From assembly GCA_934661135.1 (NCBI GenBank), contig CAKUJA010000050.1, forward strand, positions 1-16,680: a stretch of 16,680 bases of DNA. Reading direction: 5' to 3'. Both the position numbers and the translations under genes were made by a program. This stretch comes from an uncultured Oscillospiraceae bacterium. GTDB lineage: Bacteria > Bacillota > Clostridia > Oscillospirales > Oscillospiraceae. Of the stretch, positions 6,478 to 13,920 are shown piece after piece (positions within the stretch are counted from its first letter, which is position 1; the number at the start of each line of letters is the position of its first letter). Under the pieces are notes generated by a model, which saw only the letters and a program-made list of their open reading frames with translations, had not been told where the DNA came from and made no database searches.

Positions 6478-9400
6478 ATGAAAAAACGATTCTTGGCAGG
6501 CTTGCTCATGCTTGCCATGATCCTCACCCTGCTGCCGGTCAGCGCACTGGCCAGCAACAGCAATGCAGCACCGCTTCAGGTGCTTATGATCGGCAACAGC
6601 CACACGGTCGACATGACCGAGTGGACCGATCAGGTGCTTCAGGACTCCGGCCTGAAGGATCAGATCCAGATCACGCCGCTCACGCCGATGGGCGGACGGA
6701 AGCTGTTCACCAACGATACGGTGCGCAGCTCGCATATTACGGCTGCGACATGGTCCGGTACGGAGGATGCGTGGAATGCCACGCATCAGGACAATGGCCG
6801 CGATGTCGGCTCTAAAAAGAGCCAGTATGACACGCTCCTGAACGACAGCGGCAAGACCTGGGATCTGGTTGTCGTGCAGGACTGGGAAGAATCCACAGTC
6901 AATTCCGATTCTGCCGCAGTCGCATCCGGCATTCAGCGTGCGGTGCAATGGCTGAGAAGCTATCCTTCCGTAACGGCGGATACGAAGATCGCATGGGCTG
7001 CCGACTGGCCTGACGCGGCCAACCATGCGGGTGCGCAGGGCAATATGACCGGCGCGATCGCTGCTGTAAATGCGCTGACGGAAAACGGCGTGAACTTTAT
7101 CATCCCCACGGGCCTGACCGTTGAAAATGCGCGCACCAGCTATTTTGATAAGGTCAACAACGCAGACGACAGCTATCTGCCTGGCAGCGAAGAGACCTAC
7201 GGCGGAATTGCGAACGTGGCGAAGTACCATCTGATGGAGCGCGACGCGAACCACCTGAGCTATGAACTGGGCTGCTACTCCGTGGCCGCAGTCACGATTG
7301 CAGAAATTGCCACGCAGTTTAACCTGATGAATCTGGATGCATTCCTGACTTCTTTGAAAACGGCACCGAAATGGACGAACCCCGCTGAGTGGAAGGGTAC
7401 ATTCAACGACAATATCTGGGCCATCGTGAAGGAGAGCGTGAAAAACGCGGTGGAATCCCCCACGCAGGTCACGCAGTCCGTCTATACGGAGGACCCGGCA
7501 GACATGATCGCCGCGCAGATCCTCGCGGCGGACTATACGGAAAGCGCCGCTGCCGCCGCAAAGGCGGACTCAGAGGATGCGCTGCGCACTATCGCTGAGG
7601 CTGTGAAGGCCACGGCGCAGGCCGCAGTAGGGGAAACTACCACGCTCAGCGTTTCCTCGGCCTATACCGCTCCGGTTGACGGCACAAAGGACAACAAGAC
7701 CGGTACGGCGGGCAAGTACGAGATCAAGGTATCCTTCCTGAACGGATACACGCAGAAAAACCTTGCTGTAATCTCCGGCGCGATCAAGCCGGATTATTAT
7801 GAAGGCGGCGAGGAAGAACTGACTGCAGCGAAGACGGCAGCAGCTGCGGATCTTGCGAAGACTGCAGCGCTTGTCGGCAAAGATGCGGAAGCATATAGCA
7901 GCGAGATCAACGCGGCCTACAGCACCAACGATGTGAATACCGCGCTGGCAGCGGCGAAGGCGGCCATGGTCGCAGACGCCGGGTATCTGTACGCGGACTG
8001 GATCGGTGCCGATGGCTGGAGCGTCGGCACGAAGATGCCTCTCGGCGAGGATACCGGTGTGCGCTTTACGATCCGTGAGGAAGGCGCCGATACCGTTCTG
8101 ACCATCAGCGGCAATGGCACAATTCCAGACTTGGTCATGAGTGGTGTACCGGAAAGAAGCTATTCTTCCCCCGCTTGGATGAACAGTGATGCGAGCGGTA
8201 ATATTACGAAGGTCGTGATTGAAGACGGCGTTGCGCTGGGCCATATGTCCTTGTGGCTGAGCCGCGTGAAGACGATGGAGATCGGGGAAAACGTCACCCT
8301 CCCCGCCAATGCAATTTACCTGAACGGCCAGAACTGCGACAGAACCATTACCTTCAAGGGCGCCGCTACCGTGAACAACCGCGCGATCGACGGCTACACC
8401 GGTTCTGACGGTAAGGGCAGTCAGGCCGCACAGAATGCACAGATTTTCGTGTATGCAGACTTTAATAAGCTCGGTGTTTCGAGCGCGGAGAGCTTTGTGG
8501 GCTCCACCGTTCTGAAAAACAACAACTACGGCCTGCCTATCGTTGTTGTCATCAACACCGGCAGCAGCGTGGAGCCGGAAGATGCCGTCCTTGCGCAGGG
8601 CAATGTTCCCGCGAAGGGTTGGAAGGATGACGGCACAGCCGACGGCGGCGATTCCGGCGTGACCTATACCATCAAAAAGATCGGCGATGAGGTCGTGCTG
8701 GAGTTCTCCGGCAGCGGCACGATTCCGACCTTTACAACATCGACACCGCATTACGTCAAGGCGCCGTGGTGGGGAACCAACAGCGGCAGCGCCGTCACAA
8801 AGGTCATTGTCAACAGCGGTGTTACCGTTGGCGGCTTAGCGCTCTACATTCCCACGGCAAAAGAGATCATCCTGAAGGATGGCGTGATGCTGAAACCGAA
8901 TGCAATCTATTTCAACACGCAGAATGTCGATACCGAAATCACCTTTGAGGGTGCGGCCACCGTTTCCTCCGGCTCGATTAGCTGGTATTCCGACAGCAAT
9001 CAGAAGAACAAGGCTGTGCAGATCACGGTGACGGCCGATTTCAGCAAGCTGCAGAAGTCCGGCAGCCGCGTGACGAAGGCCTCCGACTTTATCGATAGCG
9101 GCCTGCTGACGACGCTCAACAAAAACGGTCTGCCGATCGTGGTCGCGGTCAACACGGAAGACTCGAAAGCTGACGCACAGGAGTTTGGCATCACGACCGG
9201 CGGCTGGGATGAAAATGGCAATACGGTCGGCGATTCGACCGGCATCAAATACAAGATCTACACCGTCGGTGCGGATACGATCGTGGAATTCAGAGGCAAT
9301 GGCACTATGCCGGATTATGCTGCAACCGGCGTTACGAATCAAAATCTGCATACCAACCGTATGCCATGGCGAAATGACCAGGTGACGAAGATCATTGTCG

Positions 9401-11091
9401 GTGACGGCGTGCAGCCCGGACAGATGAGCCTGTATGTCAAGAACAATGTGCGGGAGATCGTGTTTGAAGGCAACGTCAATCTGAAAAAAAATACGATCTA
9501 TTTCAATACCCTGACACAGGATGTCAGCATTTTCTTTAACGGCACACAGGCGCAGCTTGTAAGCGGAGCCTTGGATGGTTACGGTGTAGGCACGGCACAC
9601 CACATTTACGTCTACGCAAAGTCCGGCACATTGACGGTTGGAGACAATAAGGTAACGACTATCAATGACTTTGCTGGCAGAGGCGTGACCACGACTGCGG
9701 ATGACAGCAAGACCGTCGCACTTCTGGTGTTTGACGATCAACTCTCCGCAGCGAAGAGCGCCGTCAACACCTCCGAAATCATCGCCCTGACCGGCACCTG
9801 CCAGCAAAACTCGGAAGATGGCAAGAAAACAGCGGTTGAGACCTATGTGAAGAACAAACTCGGTGAGCAGTACGCTTCCATTACGGTGAGCGCGACCAAA
9901 AAGACAGCGGCGGTTTACACAATCACCCTCTCGACGGACGGGAAGAGCACCAGCTTTGATCTGAAATTCACCTTCACCTTCTCCCACAGTTGGAGCTACA
10001 CCGCAACCGGCGCGACGATCACGGCGGAATGCGCACATTGCCACGACAAGCAGGCCGCGCGCCTGATCGCCTCCGATCAGAAAGAGACCGGCAACGCGAT
10101 TGAGGCCACGGTGAGCTACGGTACGGCATGGCCGGGCGGTGCGCTGACGGTCAGCTATACGAAGGACAGCGCTCCGTTCGACGGTATGCCGAAGGATGCC
10201 GGCAGCTATACGGCCAGCATGACGATCTCTGACGCTACCGCTACCGTGAACTTTACGATCAGTCATGCTTTGACGCACCATGAGGCGGTTGATGCGACTT
10301 GCACAGAAAACGGCAACAATGAATACTATACCTGCGAGACCTGCCACAAGGTTTTCAAGGATGCAGCAGGTACGCAGGAGACCACTGTTGCAGCCGAGAT
10401 CATTAAGGCACCCGGTAAGCATGACTGGTCCAACAAGGACGGCGTCTGCAAGGTCTGCCAGACCAAGTGCAGCGAAGCGCACACCGCGGGCACGACCTGC
10501 CCGGTCTGCGGCAAATACACGCCGATCCCGGTCGTTCCTGCGGGCGAACCCGCGAAGAATCCGTTCAACCCCAACGCCGGTAAGACCAGATTTGCAGACG
10601 TTTCCAGCAACGCTTGGTATGCCTCCGCGGTCGATTATGTGGTCGACAAGGGTCTCATGAACGGCACGGGCGAGAACAAGTTCTCCCCGAACGCGGATAC
10701 GACGCGCGGCATGATCGTTACGATCCTCGCCCGTCTCGACGGCAAGAACACGTCCGGCACGCCTTGGTATCAGGCTGGCCAGCGCTGGGCGATGGAGTAC
10801 GAAATTTCGGACGGCACGAACATGACCAACGCCATCACCCGCGAGCAGCTCGTCGCAATGCTGTTCCGCTATGCGGTCAAGAACGGCCTCGAAGCGGTCA
10901 CGCTCTCTGAGAATCTGACCCAGTTTACGGACGCTTCAGACATCAGTGCGTGGGCCGTCTCCGCGATGCAGTGGGCCGTCGGTCAAGGCCTGATTCAGGG
11001 TTCGAACGGCCAGCTGCGCCCGCAGGCGAACGCCTCCCGCGCCGAGGTCGCCACGATTCTCATGCGCTTCTGTGAGCTGATGAAAAAGTAA
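6478..11091 (+). CDS. Large secreted cell-surface protein: signal peptide, SGNH/GDSL-like hydrolase domain (DUF4886-like), three ~200-aa tandem modules, Cys-rich region, three C-terminal SLH domains
   Basis: I place the start at ATG 6478 (GGAGG RBS 7 nt upstream; MKKRFLAGLLMLAMILTLLPVSALA signal peptide) rather than the track's 6271. SGNH block I (LMIGNSHT) and block V-like (RDANHLS) motifs are present. SLH motifs occur at FADVSSNAWYASAVDYVVDKGLMNG and FTDASDISAWAVSAMQWAVGQGLIQG. A terminator follows the gene. Confidence 0.9.
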   Translation: MKKRFLAGLLMLAMILTLLPVSALASNSNAAPLQVLMIGNSHTVDMTEWTDQVLQDSGLKDQIQITPLTPMGGRKLFTNDTVRSSHITAATWSGTEDAWNATHQDNGRDVGSKKSQYDTLLNDSGKTWDLVVVQDWEESTVNSDSAAVASGIQRAVQWLRSYPSVTADTKIAWAADWPDAANHAGAQGNMTGAIAAVNALTENGVNFIIPTGLTVENARTSYFDKVNNADDSYLPGSEETYGGIANVAKYHLMERDANHLSYELGCYSVAAVTIAEIATQFNLMNLDAFLTSLKTAPKWTNPAEWKGTFNDNIWAIVKESVKNAVESPTQVTQSVYTEDPADMIAAQILAADYTESAAAAAKADSEDALRTIAEAVKATAQAAVGETTTLSVSSAYTAPVDGTKDNKTGTAGKYEIKVSFLNGYTQKNLAVISGAIKPDYYEGGEEELTAAKTAAAADLAKTAALVGKDAEAYSSEINAAYSTNDVNTALAAAKAAMVADAGYLYADWIGADGWSVGTKMPLGEDTGVRFTIREEGADTVLTISGNGTIPDLVMSGVPERSYSSPAWMNSDASGNITKVVIEDGVALGHMSLWLSRVKTMEIGENVTLPANAIYLNGQNCDRTITFKGAATVNNRAIDGYTGSDGKGSQAAQNAQIFVYADFNKLGVSSAESFVGSTVLKNNNYGLPIVVVINTGSSVEPEDAVLAQGNVPAKGWKDDGTADGGDSGVTYTIKKIGDEVVLEFSGSGTIPTFTTSTPHYVKAPWWGTNSGSAVTKVIVNSGVTVGGLALYIPTAKEIILKDGVMLKPNAIYFNTQNVDTEITFEGAATVSSGSISWYSDSNQKNKAVQITVTADFSKLQKSGSRVTKASDFIDSGLLTTLNKNGLPIVVAVNTEDSKADAQEFGITTGGWDENGNTVGDSTGIKYKIYTVGADTIVEFRGNGTMPDYAATGVTNQNLHTNRMPWRNDQVTKIIVGDGVQPGQMSLYVKNNVREIVFEGNVNLKKNTIYFNTLTQDVSIFFNGTQAQLVSGALDGYGVGTAHHIYVYAKSGTLTVGDNKVTTINDFAGRGVTTTADDSKTVALLVFDDQLSAAKSAVNTSEIIALTGTCQQNSEDGKKTAVETYVKNKLGEQYASITVSATKKTAAVYTITLSTDGKSTSFDLKFTFTFSHSWSYTATGATITAECAHCHDKQAARLIASDQKETGNAIEATVSYGTAWPGGALTVSYTKDSAPFDGMPKDAGSYTASMTISDATATVNFTISHALTHHEAVDATCTENGNNEYYTCETCHKVFKDAAGTQETTVAAEIIKAPGKHDWSNKDGVCKVCQTKCSEAHTAGTTCPVCGKYTPIPVVPAGEPAKNPFNPNAGKTRFADVSSNAWYASAVDYVVDKGLMNGTGENKFSPNADTTRGMIVTILARLDGKNTSGTPWYQAGQRWAMEYEISDGTNMTNAITREQLVAMLFRYAVKNGLEAVTLSENLTQFTDASDISAWAVSAMQWAVGQGLIQGSNGQLRPQANASRAEVATILMRFCELMKK
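8011..9738 (+). repeat. Three diverged tandem protein-level repeats (~194-202 aa each) within the surface-protein gene
   Basis: Units start near 8011 (DGWSVG...), 8617 (GWKDDG...) and 9199 (GGWDENG...). They share the landmarks G-(V/I)-x-(F/Y)-x-I...(S/R)G(N/S)GT(I/M)P(D/T)...VTK(V/I)(V/I)(V/I)...NAIY(L/F)N...GLPIVV(V/A)(I/V)NT. The repeats are diverged at the DNA level. Confidence 0.75.
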
Positions 11092-11158
11092 ATCGTGATG
11101 ATTCATCGTTGCGCTTGCGGCATACGCCGTTTGCCGGAACATCACATCGCAAAACCCG

Positions 11159-11190
11159 GAAGGGGCGGCTACGGCCGCCCCTTCTTTCTA
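11159..11190 (+). terminator. Rho-independent terminator of the surface-protein gene
   Basis: 11-bp stem GAAGGGGCGGC (11159-11169) / GCCGCCCCTTC (11174-11184) with a TACG loop, then TTTCTA. Confidence 0.8.
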
Positions 11191-11278
11191 TTCGAATACC
11201 TTCCTTGGGCCGTGCCCCATTTGAAGAATAATCGTTAGCCGTTTCGTTCCAATATCAAAAAGTTACTCAAATGCGCTA

Positions 11279-11307
11279 TTGACAAACGTTTGTTCAGACG
11301 TTATCAT
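11279..11307 (+). promoter_or_regulatory. Near-consensus promoter overlapped by a perfect 12-bp palindromic operator
   Basis: TTGACA (11279-11284), a 17-nt spacer, then TATCAT (11302-11307). The palindrome ACAAACGTTTGT (11282-11293) overlaps the -35 hexamer and the spacer. Confidence 0.6.
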
Positions 11308-11313
11308 GTGAGA

Positions 11314-11412
11314 CATAGCAGGAAATCCTGCCGACAACAGAATATTCCGAAGCGCACCATAAAACGTAATGAAGGAGCGCTGCGACCGAATAATGGCCGC
11401 AGCGCTCCTTTT
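11314..11412 (+). ncRNA. Candidate short (~100 nt) transcript or leader from the 11279 promoter to the 11372-11412 terminator
   Basis: A promoter and an intrinsic-terminator-like hairpin lie ~100 nt apart, with a small GCAGG-AAAT-CCTGC hairpin at 11328-11341. There is no SD-preceded ORF; ATG 11369 (32 codons) lacks an RBS. Confidence 0.3.
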
Positions 11413-11422
11413 GGTGCTCTTT
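11372..11422 (+). terminator. Intrinsic-terminator-like hairpin (possible attenuator of the rep leader)
   Basis: 13-bp stem AAGGAGCGCTGCG (11372-11384) / CGCAGCGCTCCTT (11398-11410), followed by TTGGTGCTCTTT. Confidence 0.5.
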
Positions 11423-11525
11423 AGGAGAAATACGGGGGTGGGATCACAATCCCAAACAACTGAATAACCAGCAACGCGGATCACACCGCAGGTTAGGAAA
11501 CGCGCACGGCGCGCGCGACGACCTC

Positions 11526-11826
11526 GTCGAAGCAAGCTGCGTATCTTTCGCTTCCGTGCAAGCACGAAAGCTCAATCACTACGCTGCTTCTCCTCTCCCC
11601 ACAAAGCCATCCGGCTTTGCGGGGTCCCCAAGACGGGCGAGCGAGAAACGCGCCGTGGGCAGCCTTGGCAGGCTGCATCATGCTGCCCAATCTGTTTGGA
11701 CACACAATGTCCGGCCATAGTTGGGGTTCCCACGAAGTAGCCTACTTCGTGGGGAAAGGAGAAACAAACGGAGCGACTGAGCTTTCGCGCTTGCGCGGAA
11801 GCGAAAGATACGCAGTTTGTTTCGAC
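11526..11826. repeat. Long imperfect inverted repeat with 75/76-nt arms (11526-11600 and 11751-11826) around a 150-nt GC-rich, hairpin-rich centre
   Basis: The arms are about 85% complementary, including a 20-nt perfect core CTGCGTATCTTTCGCTTCCG (11537-11556) paired with CGGAAGCGAAAGATACGCAG (11796-11815). All substitutions but one are transitions, and there is one 1-nt indel. Confidence 0.8.
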
Positions 11827-11976
11827 GCAAGACAGGCTGCTATGCGCTGGGGTTGAAAGCAGTAAAGACCCCAGTCACAGGCTGTGAGAGCTGCCAAGCT
11901 CTGTCCGCGCTGTTCCCCATCGCCGGGGCGCGAGCTGCAAATACGGCGGAAACAATTTCAAAAGAATGGAGTGTTT

Positions 11977-13344
11977 ATGTCAGAAAACAAAAAATATTAC
12001 TACATGAAGCTCAAGGAAAATTTCTTCTCCAGTGAACGGATGGTTGTTCTGGAAACGATGCCGGACGGAATTCTGTATTCCAATTTGCTGCTCAAAATGT
12101 ACCTGATGTCGCTCAAGCACAACGGAATTCTACTGCTGCATGAAAATCTGCCGCACACGCCGCAGACCATTGCAACGTTTACCCGCCATCAGATCGGCAC
12201 CGTAGAACGCGCGCTGCAAATCTTCCTAAAACTCGGCTTTGTCGAGCTGCTGACCGATGGTGCGTACTATATGCCGGATATTCAGCTGCTGGTCGGGCGA
12301 TCCTCCACCGAAGCGGAGCGAAAACGCCGGGAGCGGCTGCGTTTACAAGCACAGAAGCTCCTGTCTAACTCAAAAGCGGACATTTGTCCACCAGAGAATA
12401 GAGATAAAGAGATTAGAGAACAGAAGCGCGCGGACAAATATCCGAACTTACGAAGTAAAGGAGGAAGATGTCGTATGATGCCAATTACAGAAGAAGTCCA
12501 TGCGTTTTTGACGGCAAATGCAGCTGCGCAGATACAGCGAGATAATGAGTATCTCGATCCCGCTGATGGATTGCTGCACTGCAAGACCTGTCATGGCTTG
12601 CGGCAAACGGTCATTCCTGCTCCCGGCGGGACAGGTTTTCTCCGGCCACGCTGCCTGTGCCCCTGCCAGAGTGCTGCGGAAAAACAGCGCAAAGCAGCAG
12701 AAGAAAAACGGGAGCGTCTGGAACGCATTCAGCGGCGAAAAGCACATGGGTTACAGGATCGCCGCCTCTACGATTGCACGTTTGCCAACGATAACGGAAA
12801 AACGCCAGGGCTGACTGCCAAAGCCAAGCGCTATGTGGAACATTGGGAGGATGCGGCACGGAAAAATATTGGACTGCTCCTGTTTGGCGATGTGGGAACC
12901 GGAAAATCCTTTCTTGCCGGGTGCATTGCAAACGCGCTGCTGGAGAAGGACGTGCCGGTTCTGATGACAAACTTTCCAACGATTCTGAATCGCATAACCG
13001 GACTGTTCGGTTCTGAGCGTGCTGACTTTCTTGCCAGCCTGAATGCCTATGATCTTCTGATTCTGGATGATCTTGGTGCAGAGCGAGGAACAGAGTATGC
13101 ATTAGAACAAGTCTTCGCCGTGATCGACGCCAGATACCGAAGCCGCAAGCCGTTGATCGTCACAACAAATCTGACGCTGGATGCGCTCAAGCACCCAGAC
13201 GATCTTTCACATGCCCGCATCTATGACAGGATCTTGGAAATCTGCGCCCCGATTCTGTTTGGCGGCGAAAATCTGCGCGTGGAAAAAGCAAATGAAACAA
13301 AAACTGCTGCCAGAAGTCTCCTGCTGCCGGGCAATGCCGCCTGA
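11977..13344 (+). CDS. Replication protein: phage replisome-organizer N-terminal domain fused in frame to a DnaC/IstB-like AAA+ ATPase
   Basis: I place the start at ATG 11977 (GGAG 5 nt upstream; MSENKKYYYMKLKENFFSSERM..., typical of replisome organizers). The C-terminal half has Walker A (LLLFGDVGTGKSF) and Walker B (YDLLILDDLGAE) motifs. An internal AAGGAGG RBS precedes in-frame ATGATG at 12475, so a separate ATPase product is possible. Confidence 0.8.
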   Translation: MSENKKYYYMKLKENFFSSERMVVLETMPDGILYSNLLLKMYLMSLKHNGILLLHENLPHTPQTIATFTRHQIGTVERALQIFLKLGFVELLTDGAYYMPDIQLLVGRSSTEAERKRRERLRLQAQKLLSNSKADICPPENRDKEIREQKRADKYPNLRSKGGRCRMMPITEEVHAFLTANAAAQIQRDNEYLDPADGLLHCKTCHGLRQTVIPAPGGTGFLRPRCLCPCQSAAEKQRKAAEEKRERLERIQRRKAHGLQDRRLYDCTFANDNGKTPGLTAKAKRYVEHWEDAARKNIGLLLFGDVGTGKSFLAGCIANALLEKDVPVLMTNFPTILNRITGLFGSERADFLASLNAYDLLILDDLGAERGTEYALEQVFAVIDARYRSRKPLIVTTNLTLDALKHPDDLSHARIYDRILEICAPILFGGENLRVEKANETKTAARSLLLPGNAA

Positions 13345-13354
13345 ATCGCTGCCG

Positions 13355-13417
13355 TAGCGACTATTGTAGCGACTGCAAAGGACATTTCAAATTTCCATAG
13401 CGACTAATGTAGCGACT
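13355..13417 (+). repeat. Iteron-like direct repeats: four copies of TAGCGACT arranged as two 20-bp units
   Basis: TAGCGACTATTGTAGCGACT (13355-13374) and TAGCGACTAATGTAGCGACT (13398-13417) differ by one mismatch. The units are 43 bp apart and the copies within each unit are 12 bp apart. They lie between rep and mobC. Confidence 0.7.
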
Positions 13418-13494
13418 ACGGAATCCAAGGTATAAAAACTCTAGATTTTATGCGGTGTACGAAACGGTGGCAGGAGACTCAGGCTGCGTTTCAG

Positions 13495-13549
13495 GCTTTT
13501 CTTGCTGCGCAAGAAAAGCGCAAGCATCGCCGTTTGATATCAAAACGGC
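13495..13549 (+). promoter_or_regulatory. Candidate oriT region: two adjacent inverted repeats upstream of mobC
   Basis: 11-bp perfect hairpin GCTTTTCTTGC-TGC-GCAAGAAAAGC (13495-13519) and near-palindrome GCCGTTTGATATCAAAACGGC (13529-13549). The position immediately 5' of mobC-relaxase is typical for an oriT. Confidence 0.4.
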
Positions 13550-13608
13550 ACTTGCAGGGAGAACCCTGACCCCAATATGCCGCCCTTTGGCGGTGGAAAG
13601 GAGACTCG

Positions 13609-13920
13609 ATGAACGAAGAACCATACAAGATCTGTTTGCGACTGAACGCCGATGAAGCCCAAAAGCTGATCACGAACGCCAAAGCCTGCGGCCTGACACG
13701 AACCGCGTACTTGCGCAGGCTGCTGAACGGATATGATCTCAAACCAAGACCATCCGCAGAGATGGAAGCGCTGCGCACTGAAATCCATCAGATCGGCAAC
13801 AACATCAACCAGATCGCCCGCAAAGCAAATGCCGGATTTGCCAGCCGGGAAGAAACCACGCGGGCATTACGAATGCTGGACGAGGTCTACGGTCTACTCT
13901 ATGAGGTTGCGAAACGATAA
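13609..13920 (+). CDS. mobC: MobC-family relaxosome accessory protein
   Basis: 103 aa with an AAGGAG RBS. The conserved MobC motif IHQIGNNINQIARKAN is present. Its stop overlaps the relaxase start (TAATG at 13918-22), indicating translational coupling. Confidence 0.85.
   Translation: MNEEPYKICLRLNADEAQKLITNAKACGLTRTAYLRRLLNGYDLKPRPSAEMEALRTEIHQIGNNINQIARKANAGFASREETTRALRMLDEVYGLLYEVAKR

Noticed and set aside
6463-10482. Long minus-strand ORFs at 6463-7254, 7570-8751 and 8836-10482, plus small ORFs inside the surface-protein gene
   Set aside because: They are antisense shadow ORFs of a 4.6-kb high-GC gene, with no motifs or RBS.
11263-12035. ORFs at 11263-11565(-), 11493-11705(-), 11617-11856(+) and 11817-12035(+), plus the 11884-11976 extension of the rep ORF
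   Set aside because: None has an RBS. Two of them translate to near-identical peptides only because they read the two arms of the long inverted repeat. The region is better explained as structured non-coding DNA or RNA. The rep start at 11977 has an RBS and a family-typical N-terminus.
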